Sequence record: QB031383.1
DNA length: 64,000 nucleotides
Reading direction: 5' to 3' (one strand)
DNA from: a phage
Shown here: positions 38,527 through 48,094 of the stretch, one piece after another
Position numbering within the stretch: the first letter of the stretch is position 1
Layout of the letters: each line of letters starts with the position of its first letter
The notes under the pieces: model-generated
The model's database searches: none
Seen by the model: only the letters and a program-made list of their open reading frames with translations
Told to the model about the DNA's origin: nothing
Translations under genes and position numbers: made by a program

Positions 38527-39536
38527 TATTTCTCCTTAGTCATTATTTCAGACACGGATACACATTCCACTTCAGTAACCCACTCTTTACCTTCTTTATC
38601 TCCGTTGTGAGAAACAGAAACTACTTTAAATGGACCATCATAATCTCGGCTTTTTAACCAGATTGTTTTTTCTGGTAATATTGCACCATTCATTTGGCAT
38701 TTGAATTTAACACCATCTGTAGGTTTCTTTGCCTTCTTAGAAGACTTGGTAACTTTTTTAGTAGGTTTTATATCGTTGTGGAATGGTTCTGGACTTCCTA
38801 TCAGACCAGTTTCAGGGCTAATATAGGCGCTACGTGCACTAGACATTTGTGAACGAGGAGTGACATAAACAGATCCATCTTGTATTGACACATTGTGATC
38901 AATACTTTTACAAATATGTTCTAGGTAATGTGAAGTGTTTCCACACATAGCTGTTGCTGAAGATAAGGTTTGATCATTATCTACATGTATATTACCTTCT
39001 GTAGTTCCTAAATCCTTTACCAAATCTGTCACAACACGTTTGATTTTAGTTCCTTTAGGATAACTGCGGCTTGTTCTTGCTTCTGCAATGTTAATACCAC
39101 CATCCAAACAGTGTAAAGTGGTTTTCCTGTCTACCGAGTCAAAAGTATCACTAACCCACTGGATAGTTCCTTTGAAGATCATAACCAACTCTTCACCTTC
39201 GTATCCTACCGCTAAAGCAACAGCCAAGTTATTTCGGATACCACGGTTTATATAGTTAACAGTATCATCTGAAAGGTTATAAACTACAATCTCTGCTTGG
39301 TTAGGATCTTTGTTATTATCTTTCTTAATACTGAAGGTTATTTGATGGTCTTGCAACAAATACAAATTAGAAGAGGATTTTTCTGTTGTCCCTAACTTGG
39401 TATCCAAATCTACTGTAGATTTAAATGCCGAGTTCTTAGTTCTCTTCTGTATTGTGTTTGTGGCAGAACCAATTAATAATTTGTATGCCCTGTTTAAATT
39501 AGGGGCAGGAGCTTTTGTATACTCTCTTTCTGCCAT
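38526..39536 (-). CDS. baseplate/tail protein
   Basis: 336 aa ORF, translationally coupled. Confidence 0.4.
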   Translation of the reverse strand: MAEREYTKAPAPNLNRAYKLLIGSATNTIQKRTKNSAFKSTVDLDTKLGTTEKSSSNLYLLQDHQITFSIKKDNNKDPNQAEIVVYNLSDDTVNYINRGIRNNLAVALAVGYEGEELVMIFKGTIQWVSDTFDSVDRKTTLHCLDGGINIAEARTSRSYPKGTKIKRVVTDLVKDLGTTEGNIHVDNDQTLSSATAMCGNTSHYLEHICKSIDHNVSIQDGSVYVTPRSQMSSARSAYISPETGLIGSPEPFHNDIKPTKKVTKSSKKAKKPTDGVKFKCQMNGAILPEKTIWLKSRDYDGPFKVVSVSHNGDKEGKEWVTEVECVSVSEIMTKEK

Positions 39537-39545
39537 ATTATCTCC

Positions 39546-39959
39546 TTACGCCTGATTAGGTTTGTTATCAATATAAACCAATACAAAACGTTTATCTCGA
39601 CCTGTAGTTGTATACCCAGGACGACCATTAATCTTAACTGTATCTACTATATACAATTGACCATCTGGTACACTTTCAAGATATTTATAAGGTTTAAGAA
39701 GATCTAAACCATTTGTAACTTTGAAACTTATACTCGGATCATCTCCAGATAATCCCATTTGACATTGCCAAGATTCGTCCCTAGTGTTCCACCTTAAACG
39801 AATGTCATAATCAACTCCATCCAATGTAACTGTATATGTTTGATCAGGGTACTCTTCAGTTTTCAGATACCATGCAAAATAAGTAGAATGGTCCTCCAGA
39901 TAAACTGCACTGTAGCCAGTATTACTTGTAGACCTTGTTGTTTTAGAATAAGTTGTCAC
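39546..39959 (-). CDS. hypothetical tail protein
   Basis: 137 aa ORF with GGAGA RBS. Confidence 0.4.
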   Translation of the reverse strand: MTTYSKTTRSTSNTGYSAVYLEDHSTYFAWYLKTEEYPDQTYTVTLDGVDYDIRLRWNTRDESWQCQMGLSGDDPSISFKVTNGLDLLKPYKYLESVPDGQLYIVDTVKINGRPGYTTTGRDKRFVLVYIDNKPNQA

Positions 39960-39961
39960 TA

Positions 39962-40663
39962 TTAACCTCCATTGTTTGTTGGGGTATTAGTAGCTTCAGC
40001 AGTTCTTACTGTAATATCTGACTTAGGACCATTAGAAGCAACTTGACCTTTCACATCACCACCAGTTGACTTATTTGGTGCTGTTTTTACAGCAATAGCG
40101 TTAGTAGTGGCCTTAGAAACGAGACGGATTTGTTCAAACTCTAAATCAAATTGCATAGCAAATTCAGATTTATAATCATACGAATAACCTTTGAGAATAA
40201 CATTTTCAAAAGTTCTGTGTTCTGTCAAAAGAACTATTGGTTGTCTTGACTCAAATATTTGATCTAGATACTCTATTGCTTGAGAAATCCTAGCCCCATT
40301 TACACCTGCACTGTATAATTGATCTCGCATAAGCCGAATTGGTGTTTCGGTAATTATACCTGAAAGTTTAAATCTGTTGTTTTTTATTTGAACGTGGTCA
40401 CTTACATCCGATCCTGATTCTACTGGAAAACTTGTAACATCTGCCTCACGAGTTACACCTATTTCAGGGACTGAATCGAAAGTAATTGCTTTAAAGTTTT
40501 GAATGTATTGATCACTTGAACTATTATAAACACTTGCTAAAATGCAGAAACCATTATCACCCTTTACAGTAGATGCCGAGGTATTTTTATTCTCGGTAGA
40601 GTTGATTTCCTGTTCTGCCTTATAGACGGCTCTCACCGACTGTTGTGGAGTCATTGCTGCCAT
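39962..40663 (-). CDS. tail protein downstream of the tape measure gene
   Basis: 233 aa ORF; GAGG RBS. Confidence 0.4.
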   Translation of the reverse strand: MAAMTPQQSVRAVYKAEQEINSTENKNTSASTVKGDNGFCILASVYNSSSDQYIQNFKAITFDSVPEIGVTREADVTSFPVESGSDVSDHVQIKNNRFKLSGIITETPIRLMRDQLYSAGVNGARISQAIEYLDQIFESRQPIVLLTEHRTFENVILKGYSYDYKSEFAMQFDLEFEQIRLVSKATTNAIAVKTAPNKSTGGDVKGQVASNGPKSDITVRTAEATNTPTNNGG

Positions 40664-40721
40664 GATAACCTCGTAGTAATGATAATGCCAAAAGGAAGAT
40701 GCAAGATCTTCCCATATTGAT

Positions 40722-40752
40722 TATTGTAACACATATAGAAACTTCGTGTCAA
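40722..40752 (-). promoter_or_regulatory. sigma70-like promoter on the minus strand (TTGACA ~18 nt TTACAAT)
   Basis: Read on the reverse complement immediately downstream of the tape-measure terminator. Confidence 0.45.
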
Positions 40753-40756
40753 GGGA

Positions 40757-40784
40757 AACGAAAAAACCCCGCCGAAGCGAGGTA
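40757..40784 (-). terminator. rho-independent terminator after the tape measure gene
   Basis: Minus strand CCUCGC-UUCG-GCGGGG (one G-U pair) followed by UUUUUU. Confidence 0.65.
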
Positions 40785-40789
40785 TTTTA

Positions 40790-42778
40790 TTAACCACCAG
40801 TGTTAGATTGTCCACTTAGAGTTGAAAGAGACAAACGTTGGAAAATGCTATTTCCGCTATTTTGAATTCTTGCATCAAGAATATTTCCAAACTCGGAAGA
40901 AGGACTGATCGTAACTTTGATAAGATCACTTGGTATTGCTACCGTATTCTCAACAACAGGTTGATTACGAGCCAAACTTACGTTAGGTGTATAGGCTGAT
41001 TCACGTAAATCTTCAAGAGGATTACCAAATCCAAAAGCACGTGTCCTTGTTTGTTCTCCTCTCCACATACGACCAATATCTTGTGTATCAATACCTGTTA
41101 AATTGTACAACCAATCTGCTACAGGATTGCTGTCTCCACTTTGCGTTGCCTCGTATGCTTTTTGTGCCATAGATTTATTAGGATCTGTGTTGTCTCCGAA
41201 TGTATCTGGGAATGTTTCTTTAAGCCAATTGGTAAAAGATCCGAAACCATCTCCCAATTCTTTAGCAAAACCTCCTAATTGAACTGTTGTCTTACCGAGT
41301 TCTTCACCTAAATCTTTGGCAAACTGATCTAGCACTTTAACGTTATCCAACCAAGAATCATCTTTAGGTAACGCTTTCACAAAACCCTCTAAGAAGTGGT
41401 TCTGCATACCTTGACCTACAAGCTGAACTGTTGCAGCAAAACGAGTAAACTCCTTAGAAGCATCTATTTGTTCCTGAGTTAATGTTGCACCTGTTCTTTG
41501 AAGCATTTTCAATACTTCATTGTATCCTTCGCCGTTTTTACTAAACATTCGTTGGTAGTGCATAAGGTCGTCACCAAGGTTTTCAAGAAGTCGCCCGATT
41601 TGAGCAGAGTTCATACCTCGACGTTCACCTTCATTAACAGTAGCCTGAATAAAAGCTAAAGGATCGTTCTGTAAAGGTTTAAGCTGTTCTGGATTCCATC
41701 CAAACAAGTTCATAATGTCATTTATGCCATTATCACCGCCTTTCCACTTCCCTTCTTTCTCATTCCATTTTGAGGCTAAAACTGTATTACCAAGACGTTC
41801 ACGAACGTCTTTAATATTATCTATTGACTTAATAATATTTGCAGAGTCTACACCGTTCTGTTCACCCCAAGCTGTCATTGCCAAAATAGCGTTGGCGTTT
41901 GTCTGAACGTTTTCAGCACCACGACTTACAAGTTTAATTCTTTCGTTAGTATTCATCAACGTGTTACCAACTACAGAACCACCTGCAAACAGCCCAGCAC
42001 CTATTAAAGAGGATGCAATCATGCGTGGATTAAGACCTGCTGCACCTTCTTTTAATTGTCCATATCGACGATCACGATCACGTTTTTGTTGAGCTAATTC
42101 ACGCTTACGGTTGCGTTCTATATCTCTAAGTTCACGATTTCGCATACGTATACGCATTTTAGCTTCTGCTTCTAGCTCTCTACGAATACGGCGACGACCG
42201 CGAACCTCGTCTTCTATTTCAGCATTCTTTTCACGATGAGATCTGCGTAAAGCATCCAACTGGTGAGCAAGAGCTTGGTTCATACGTTGAAGAGTTATTT
42301 CACCCTTTTTGTATTGCTCTACAGCTTTACCCATAACGTCCCTAGCTTCTTGCATAGCCCCAGGACTGGCTTTACTAAACGCTCTTGCTCTGTAGTTAAA
42401 GTTCTGCAAACGAAGATTACCTAAATCTTCCCTACGTGCTGCTGCTTTAGCTTCGCGTTCAGCAGCTTTACGAGCTTTTTCTTCTTCTCTTCCTTGCGGG
42501 GTTTTAGGAGTTCTAGGTCTGCCAGATCCGCCTACAGGAGCACCCGCTCCAGCGGGAGTAGGTGCTCGCATAGGTTTTTGACTTTGAGTTTGAGCTTTCT
42601 TAAGTTCACGCTCAATCTCTTTCATTTGTTGTCTAAACTTGGTCATGTTCATAGTGGGTTGCATTTTATTTGCAAACTTCTGAACACTCAACACGGCATC
42701 TTTTGCTTCCTTGAGACTGTTCTTGTCCACCTTAAACGTAACCACGTTACTAATTTTGGAGGCGTTAATTTCTAACAA
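40790..42778 (-). CDS. tail tape measure protein
   Basis: 662 aa; N-terminal highly charged coiled-coil, hydrophobic Gly-rich segment, downstream of chaperone pair. Confidence 0.7.
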   Translation of the reverse strand: MLEINASKISNVVTFKVDKNSLKEAKDAVLSVQKFANKMQPTMNMTKFRQQMKEIERELKKAQTQSQKPMRAPTPAGAGAPVGGSGRPRTPKTPQGREEEKARKAAEREAKAAARREDLGNLRLQNFNYRARAFSKASPGAMQEARDVMGKAVEQYKKGEITLQRMNQALAHQLDALRRSHREKNAEIEDEVRGRRRIRRELEAEAKMRIRMRNRELRDIERNRKRELAQQKRDRDRRYGQLKEGAAGLNPRMIASSLIGAGLFAGGSVVGNTLMNTNERIKLVSRGAENVQTNANAILAMTAWGEQNGVDSANIIKSIDNIKDVRERLGNTVLASKWNEKEGKWKGGDNGINDIMNLFGWNPEQLKPLQNDPLAFIQATVNEGERRGMNSAQIGRLLENLGDDLMHYQRMFSKNGEGYNEVLKMLQRTGATLTQEQIDASKEFTRFAATVQLVGQGMQNHFLEGFVKALPKDDSWLDNVKVLDQFAKDLGEELGKTTVQLGGFAKELGDGFGSFTNWLKETFPDTFGDNTDPNKSMAQKAYEATQSGDSNPVADWLYNLTGIDTQDIGRMWRGEQTRTRAFGFGNPLEDLRESAYTPNVSLARNQPVVENTVAIPSDLIKVTISPSSEFGNILDARIQNSGNSIFQRLSLSTLSGQSNTGG

Positions 42779-42798
42779 AGTATGTTCCTCGTGTTGGA

Positions 42799-43017
42799 TT
42801 AAACAAGTTTCTTAAACAAATCTGACATTTTATTTGTCTGGTTTTGATGTTTTCTCTTTATTGAAGTGTCTTTAACATACATGGCTTCAACATACTCTTC
42901 GTATGTTAAATACTCATATAGTTTTAAAAGATAATCTACACCGTAGTTATCCAATGTTTTCAGTGTTTCCGAGGTATCTTTAACGACTTTGCAAAGAATA
43001 ACCTCATACCACTTCAA
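42799..43017 (-). CDS. frameshift extension (T-like part) of the tail assembly chaperone
   Basis: ORF is in the -1 frame relative to 43065-43547 and is open back to the slippery site at 43128-43134. Confidence 0.5.
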   Translation of the reverse strand: MKWYEVILCKVVKDTSETLKTLDNYGVDYLLKLYEYLTYEEYVEAMYVKDTSIKRKHQNQTNKMSDLFKKLV

Positions 43018-43064
43018 AGTAAGGGTTTTCGTTGCTGTGTCGATAGCATGTTCAATCGCAGGTG

Positions 43065-43547
43065 TTAATTTGCTGCTAAACTCGTCATCGCCTGAAGCTG
43101 TGTGAACAGTTTTCCGAAACCTCGTTTGAAAAAAGGGCCGTAGTTTACCTCCAGAACTTTAGCAGTAAGATCTAACACTAGTTCTGGGTGAGCCATAAAT
43201 AATTCATCAAAATTTTCTGCAACGTTATAACCGTCTTGAGTATAAACCTCATCTAAAATTTTACGCAAAAAGACAGTTAAATTCTTTTCTTCCAAACCTG
43301 CAAAAAGTTGGATTAGTGCCATAGCAATACGTGACTCAAGGTCTTCGTCTGCGGACATTGTTGCTGTGCTATACATAGTCATAGGAACAACCAGAACACT
43401 ACCCAATTCTGGAATCCTGTCAAACACTTTAGATGGACTCCACTTCATAATACGGAAAGTAACAGATCTGTTTCCATCTAACGGAATCTCAACTACTTCT
43501 TCTGGTCGAGCATATTTTTGAATTGTGTTATCTTGTTCTTGTGACAT
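43065..43547 (-). CDS. tail assembly chaperone (G-like)
   Basis: 160 aa ORF immediately upstream of the tape measure gene; contains slippery heptamer near its 3' end. Confidence 0.5.
   Translation of the reverse strand: MSQEQDNTIQKYARPEEVVEIPLDGNRSVTFRIMKWSPSKVFDRIPELGSVLVVPMTMYSTATMSADEDLESRIAMALIQLFAGLEEKNLTVFLRKILDEVYTQDGYNVAENFDELFMAHPELVLDLTAKVLEVNYGPFFKRGFGKLFTQLQAMTSLAAN
43128..43134 (-). other. -1 programmed ribosomal frameshift slippery site U_UUU_UUC
   Basis: Minus-strand codons CCU UUU UUC; the -1 frame from here reads without stops into the 42799-43017 ORF. Confidence 0.55.
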
Positions 43548-43561
43548 ATTTTCCTCTCTAA

Positions 43562-43586
43562 TGATAAAAAGGGCATTTCTGCCCTT
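43562..43586 (-). terminator. rho-independent terminator after the tail tube gene
   Basis: Minus strand AAGGGCA-GAAA-UGCCCUU followed by UUUUUAU. Confidence 0.7.
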
Positions 43587-43592
43587 TATTTA

Positions 43593-44072
43593 TTATTGAA
43601 TTGTCAGAGCAGAGATTGAGTTAAGGGTGCTCAAACCTACACCAACTTCATTACGCAGAAGGCTTGCATCTTTAAGACCAATAACCCATTGGTTCTCTGT
43701 AATCATTTCGCCAATAGTATCTTCAGGCTGACTTTGAATCCATCCAATCGTGCTAATGTAATAGCCACGTGGGTCTTCCAAGTAAACGCTGAATGCTACT
43801 TGACGAGTAGAATACATTGTTTGTGCATATGTTGCAAGTACTTCGTTAGCTGGAGATGTGCGTTGCAAAGACATTGTGAGTGTTCCCAAGCGGTTACGAC
43901 TCAAAGCTAGTGAAACGTCTCCATCAGTCCCTGAATAAGGGTTGATAATATCGTTAGATTTAGCAATAACGATTTTAGTATCAGCCGCAAAACCCCACGG
44001 TTCCCAACCACCTAATGAAAGGATAACTTGAGATGGGTCGTAGGCCATTACGCCAGTAAGCATTTTATCCAT
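43593..44072 (-). CDS. tail tube protein
   Basis: 159 aa ORF directly downstream of the sheath-like gene, followed by a strong terminator. Confidence 0.5.
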   Translation of the reverse strand: MDKMLTGVMAYDPSQVILSLGGWEPWGFAADTKIVIAKSNDIINPYSGTDGDVSLALSRNRLGTLTMSLQRTSPANEVLATYAQTMYSTRQVAFSVYLEDPRGYYISTIGWIQSQPEDTIGEMITENQWVIGLKDASLLRNEVGVGLSTLNSISALTIQ

Positions 44073-44118
44073 TATAGATCCTCTTTATTTTGATAACGGG
44101 GGCTTAACCCCCGCCGTA

Positions 44119-45492
44119 TTAGTTTGCAGTACGGTTAGTCAGGACGTTGACCTGAACTTTAACGTAATGGAAGAAGCCAGCGTAAACATATTCAATCTTC
44201 ATCCCATCGACCAGACGAGCATTGATTTGCGCATCAGTCATATCGGCACGAGAAGGAATATAAACAATAGGTTTCAGATCGACACGCAAACCAGTCTCTT
44301 CAGAAGTAACAACTTCATTAGCGATGGAACCGTTGAGGATACCTACTTGGATCGGGTTAGCCAGAACAGCTTGTCGAATCAAAGCCAGACCGTTTGAAGT
44401 AGCACGAACACCGCCACCCAGCATAGACTGTTGTTTAAACAGTGTAAACAGTGATTCTTCTGTGCGAGCTTTAAACCACAAAGCATGAACAACATAGTCA
44501 ACAAAGAAACCGCTAACCATCAATCCATCACGATAGAACAGAGTTCCATGCTCTTTACGATAGATGTTACCGTTCTGTTGAACAATATTGTTTTCCGAAG
44601 TCTGATCCAGTTTCTCGATCTCTACACCTACCAGTGTTTTACCGTGAAGAGTAGTTAAACCAGGTTGACGAGAACAGATTGCACCAACAACTGCTGCTTC
44701 TGGGAATACAGAATCTGCATCGGTCATCCACAAAGCAAAGCAAGTGTTATTATAACCGAGGTCATTCAGTCGTTCCAGAACGTTATCTTCTGCTTTCGTT
44801 TTAATTCCAGGTTCAGAGCTAGAGAAGAAGTAAACTTTATCATTCTCTTCTACCCATGCAGCCAAAGCTAGAACATCTTCTGTTTCATGGGAATCTGAAA
44901 GGGTCCAGAACCAGCTACTATCAATATCATGCAGAGCAGCAATATCTTCCGTAATAGCATTAGCATAGACAGTTTCTTGAGTGAAACCTGTGCTGTCAAT
45001 AGAACCAAACTTACCTTCTACTGGAGTGAAAGTCATTGCAGCGCCGTTGTTAGCTACTGTAAACAGTGGGCCATAAACGAGATCTGCATTGATCATTTCA
45101 GTCAGACCAACTACAATCTCTTGTGCAGTTGCAGTGTCATCAGCAATGAATTTAAATTCTTTTTTCTTGGTACCATTTTTGATGGTAATTGTGTAAGTTG
45201 CACTATCTTCTACGATTGGAGTTAGAGTAAAGTTTGTAACTTCACGCTTACCAACCATAACTTGATCTGGTGGGAACAAACCGTTGAACAGTTTGACTGC
45301 CATAATATACGCTGGATCATTTAATCCATAACCTGCTTCCAAAAGTGCATCGGAAGAAGAGTAATATTGAATCGCTTCGCCAGTTACGTTCTGACCTGTA
45401 AGGATCAGGGGAATATCGAACTGGGTTTCACGAATTGATGTAGCACCATACAGTAAAGTTACGGTTGCTACCTTTTCACGAAAAGTTGCCAT
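44119..45492 (-). CDS. tail sheath protein
   Basis: 457 aa; size and position (before tube, chaperones, tape measure) as in contractile tails. Confidence 0.55.
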   Translation of the reverse strand: MATFREKVATVTLLYGATSIRETQFDIPLILTGQNVTGEAIQYYSSSDALLEAGYGLNDPAYIMAVKLFNGLFPPDQVMVGKREVTNFTLTPIVEDSATYTITIKNGTKKKEFKFIADDTATAQEIVVGLTEMINADLVYGPLFTVANNGAAMTFTPVEGKFGSIDSTGFTQETVYANAITEDIAALHDIDSSWFWTLSDSHETEDVLALAAWVEENDKVYFFSSSEPGIKTKAEDNVLERLNDLGYNNTCFALWMTDADSVFPEAAVVGAICSRQPGLTTLHGKTLVGVEIEKLDQTSENNIVQQNGNIYRKEHGTLFYRDGLMVSGFFVDYVVHALWFKARTEESLFTLFKQQSMLGGGVRATSNGLALIRQAVLANPIQVGILNGSIANEVVTSEETGLRVDLKPIVYIPSRADMTDAQINARLVDGMKIEYVYAGFFHYVKVQVNVLTNRTAN

Positions 45493-45526
45493 TTATGCTC
45501 CTGTTAGAAACTTAATTCCAATGAGT

Positions 45527-46186
45527 TTATTCGGTAGGGTTGTTAAATAATGATCCATTTTGATTAACTGACGAGTATTCGCCTGGAACCAAAGTAATTG
45601 CATAAACCCTGTTTAGAATTAAATCTAAAGGGATAGGATCATTGTAACTATCTCTGAATGAACGGATGTGCATGTTGATTGCTTCTATTGGTGTAGTAGC
45701 AATATCTTCAATACTCATACGAGTGTTGAACGTCATAACCATACGCGCTCTTAATTCAGTCTTATCTCCGTCTACAATCGTATTGGCTTGAGCTATATTA
45801 GAGGCTCCTAAAAAACCAAGACCTTTAGAATAGAGATGTTTGTATTTTAATTCCTCTGCACCACGGAGAGCAGCCAGAACATAGCTCATCAAAGTGGTAG
45901 GTCTTCCACGATAGGCTACAAGTTCAATCTCGTAGGTATTATCCATCTCGTAGGAATACATATCATTTTGAATAGAGCTTCGGTAAGACCAACCTCCAGA
46001 ATCGCTGGAAGTGATAATACGTAGTGCTAGGTAAGGAGTATCCGGTTTAATGAATGGCTTATCCATAACATAGACTGGCAACCCCACTAATTCTTGAAGG
46101 AAGCCACCTATATTTAAGTAGATGGCATTTTCGTATGCTTCTATTTGTTGGTAAATATTAGCCAAAGTTTCCTCCTTCTGTTCCAT
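45527..46186 (-). CDS. structural protein (head-tail joining region)
   Basis: 219 aa ORF; overlaps upstream gene by 29 nt. Confidence 0.4.
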   Translation of the reverse strand: MEQKEETLANIYQQIEAYENAIYLNIGGFLQELVGLPVYVMDKPFIKPDTPYLALRIITSSDSGGWSYRSSIQNDMYSYEMDNTYEIELVAYRGRPTTLMSYVLAALRGAEELKYKHLYSKGLGFLGASNIAQANTIVDGDKTELRARMVMTFNTRMSIEDIATTPIEAINMHIRSFRDSYNDPIPLDLILNRVYAITLVPGEYSSVNQNGSLFNNPTE

Positions 46187-46607
46187 AAGACCAGGAGTTG
46201 TTTTGATCGTCTAATATCGCAACACAGTGATGATGGACTAAGAAAGATGTTCTGGTCCAATCTTTAAGGGAATAAACAGAATACCATTTACCATCTATCA
46301 ATATCTGATCTGATAACTGTTCTGTTCCTTGTTGTAACCCCTTCATTTCTGTTTTAGTCCAGAAACTATATTGAGCCTTAGATCTGTAACCTTCAGGTAG
46401 TGCATTCAGTGTTTTACCAGATATCGGTTGTAAGCTTGCCGCTTCAATAGTAAATGGTTCATATTCTACACTACTTTCTAAGTTAGCAATAACTGAACCA
46501 ACTGCCTCTTTGTAGACTCGTCTACGACCTTGGTATTCAGTTAGATCAAGGAGAGTAAATTGATCTAGTAACACTTGTATCTCCTTTTTAGTATACATCA
46601 AAAACAA
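46158..46607 (-). CDS. head-tail connector/completion protein
   Basis: 149 aa ORF in the head-tail joining block. Confidence 0.4.
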   Translation of the reverse strand: MFLMYTKKEIQVLLDQFTLLDLTEYQGRRRVYKEAVGSVIANLESSVEYEPFTIEAASLQPISGKTLNALPEGYRSKAQYSFWTKTEMKGLQQGTEQLSDQILIDGKWYSVYSLKDWTRTSFLVHHHCVAILDDQNNSWSYGTEGGNFG

Positions 46608-46619
46608 AGTTTATGCAAG

Positions 46620-47108
46620 TTATTTTTTAGACTTGCTTTTTGTGATTTTTGTTTCGATTGCATTTATCATATATGCCGTATCTATTAAGATATGATTAGA
46701 ATAGTTGCCTTTATCTTGTCGTATCTTAATTGTCACAGGAGATAAAGGACGATAACGTTGCATTGCAATCGCTTGAGCTATTCCTTCTCTAGAGGCTCTC
46801 GCTATAGGCTCAAAAACAGCCAACCCAACATTGTTCATTAGGTAATTTGCAAAAACCTGCTTCATCTTTTTAGCGATATTGTTCTGTGAGATAACAGCAC
46901 CATCTGTTATAAAAGGGCGAGCAGGTATGTTGTTTGTTTCATTACCATATTGTTGAATAGCTGCTATTGCAGGAATAGTGAGATCTGATTCAGGATGCCT
47001 TTTGTTTGTTAAAAAACCAGCTTCGATTTGAACTTGTTCAAGATCCATCATCTTTTTGATAATGGTTTCCCAATCTGTATCGTCACCTGGTAAGATCTCA
47101 CTTTCCAT
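46620..47108 (-). CDS. head-tail connector/completion protein
   Basis: 162 aa ORF. Confidence 0.4.
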   Translation of the reverse strand: MESEILPGDDTDWETIIKKMMDLEQVQIEAGFLTNKRHPESDLTIPAIAAIQQYGNETNNIPARPFITDGAVISQNNIAKKMKQVFANYLMNNVGLAVFEPIARASREGIAQAIAMQRYRPLSPVTIKIRQDKGNYSNHILIDTAYMINAIETKITKSKSKK

Positions 47109-47656
47109 TATTTGTCCCTACGATAAAAAGAAACAGGTCCGTAATTTCGCAAATAATTAACGTTGCGGGTATTACGATCAACACTTGCAACATTACCAAG
47201 ACCATTCACAGAGTTAGGATCGCTGTTTACTCGATCAATCTCACGAGCATCAACACCGCCAATAAGAACTTTACTGGTTGCTCCTCGTCCTGCCGTGCAC
47301 CCAGGAATGACCATAAGACCATTTAAATAGTTATGATAGATATCTTCCCACGGAGACTTATAAGTTACTTGACCGTTGTTAAATTTAACTTCAACTTCGA
47401 CTTCACCCATCTTTTCTCTGCGGGACATAGCTCCTCCTGTTTGAGTACTGTTGTTAAGAACATCGTTGTTCCATAGATACTCTAAAACAGAAATCAAGCT
47501 GTTCCACAATACTGCACACTTATCCTTATCTTCATTCCCTATAATATCAATCCAAGTTTGGATGATCTGAATCAGCATTGCATCTGGCAATACTTCTTGA
47601 GAAGGGTTATAAACAAGAATTCGGATCAGTGGTGCCAACTCTACCGCATTCAGCAT
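47108..47656 (-). CDS. head completion protein
   Basis: 182 aa ORF, start/stop overlap. Confidence 0.4.
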   Translation of the reverse strand: MLNAVELAPLIRILVYNPSQEVLPDAMLIQIIQTWIDIIGNEDKDKCAVLWNSLISVLEYLWNNDVLNNSTQTGGAMSRREKMGEVEVEVKFNNGQVTYKSPWEDIYHNYLNGLMVIPGCTAGRGATSKVLIGGVDAREIDRVNSDPNSVNGLGNVASVDRNTRNVNYLRNYGPVSFYRRDK

Positions 47657-47665
47657 AAGCCCACC

Positions 47666-48010
47666 TTATTTTTTACGAAGGGAACGTTTTTTAGCTGGAG
47701 TGTCTACCGCTTCTACTTTTAAAACTTCTTCTTTGATTTTTACAGGTGCATAGTCTTCGTAACTTACAAGATAGTAACCCATGTGTTCTTCACTTGCAAA
47801 AGGATGCACAAGAATACCTGTTTCTTCTCTCAAACGCGTGAGGAAGTGAATGAAGTTTCCACCTAATGCAATACGACCATCTTTCAGATAGAAAGACATT
47901 GGTGGCGCAGATACTAATGTTTTATCAGCATCGATCAGTGGTGAAAGCGATTCAAAATCACGAATCATTTCGTGATAACTAAAGTAACGTTTCAATTCTG
48001 GGTTTGACAT
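47666..48010 (-). CDS. hypothetical structural protein
   Basis: Start chosen at ATG 48010 (GAGGAG RBS); the longer track ORF to 48064 would overlap the capsid terminator hairpin. Confidence 0.4.
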   Translation of the reverse strand: MSNPELKRYFSYHEMIRDFESLSPLIDADKTLVSAPPMSFYLKDGRIALGGNFIHFLTRLREETGILVHPFASEEHMGYYLVSYEDYAPVKIKEEVLKVEAVDTPAKKRSLRKK

Positions 48011-48040
48011 ATCAATCTCCTCGTTGTAAACTCTTATTGT

Positions 48041-48074
48041 AAACAGAAAAGGCTCGCCCATCACGGACGAGCCT
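48041..48074 (-). terminator. rho-independent terminator after the major capsid gene
   Basis: Minus strand GGCUCG...CGAGCC stem followed by UUUUCUGUUU. Confidence 0.6.
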
Positions 48075-48094
48075 CTAATCTTAACAGAGTTCTA

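Noticed and set aside
44095-44116. CGGGGG-CTTAA-CCCCCG hairpin between sheath and tube genes as a terminator
   Set aside because: No U-run on the transcribed strand and the tube gene must be co-expressed; at most an attenuator, so not listed as a feature.
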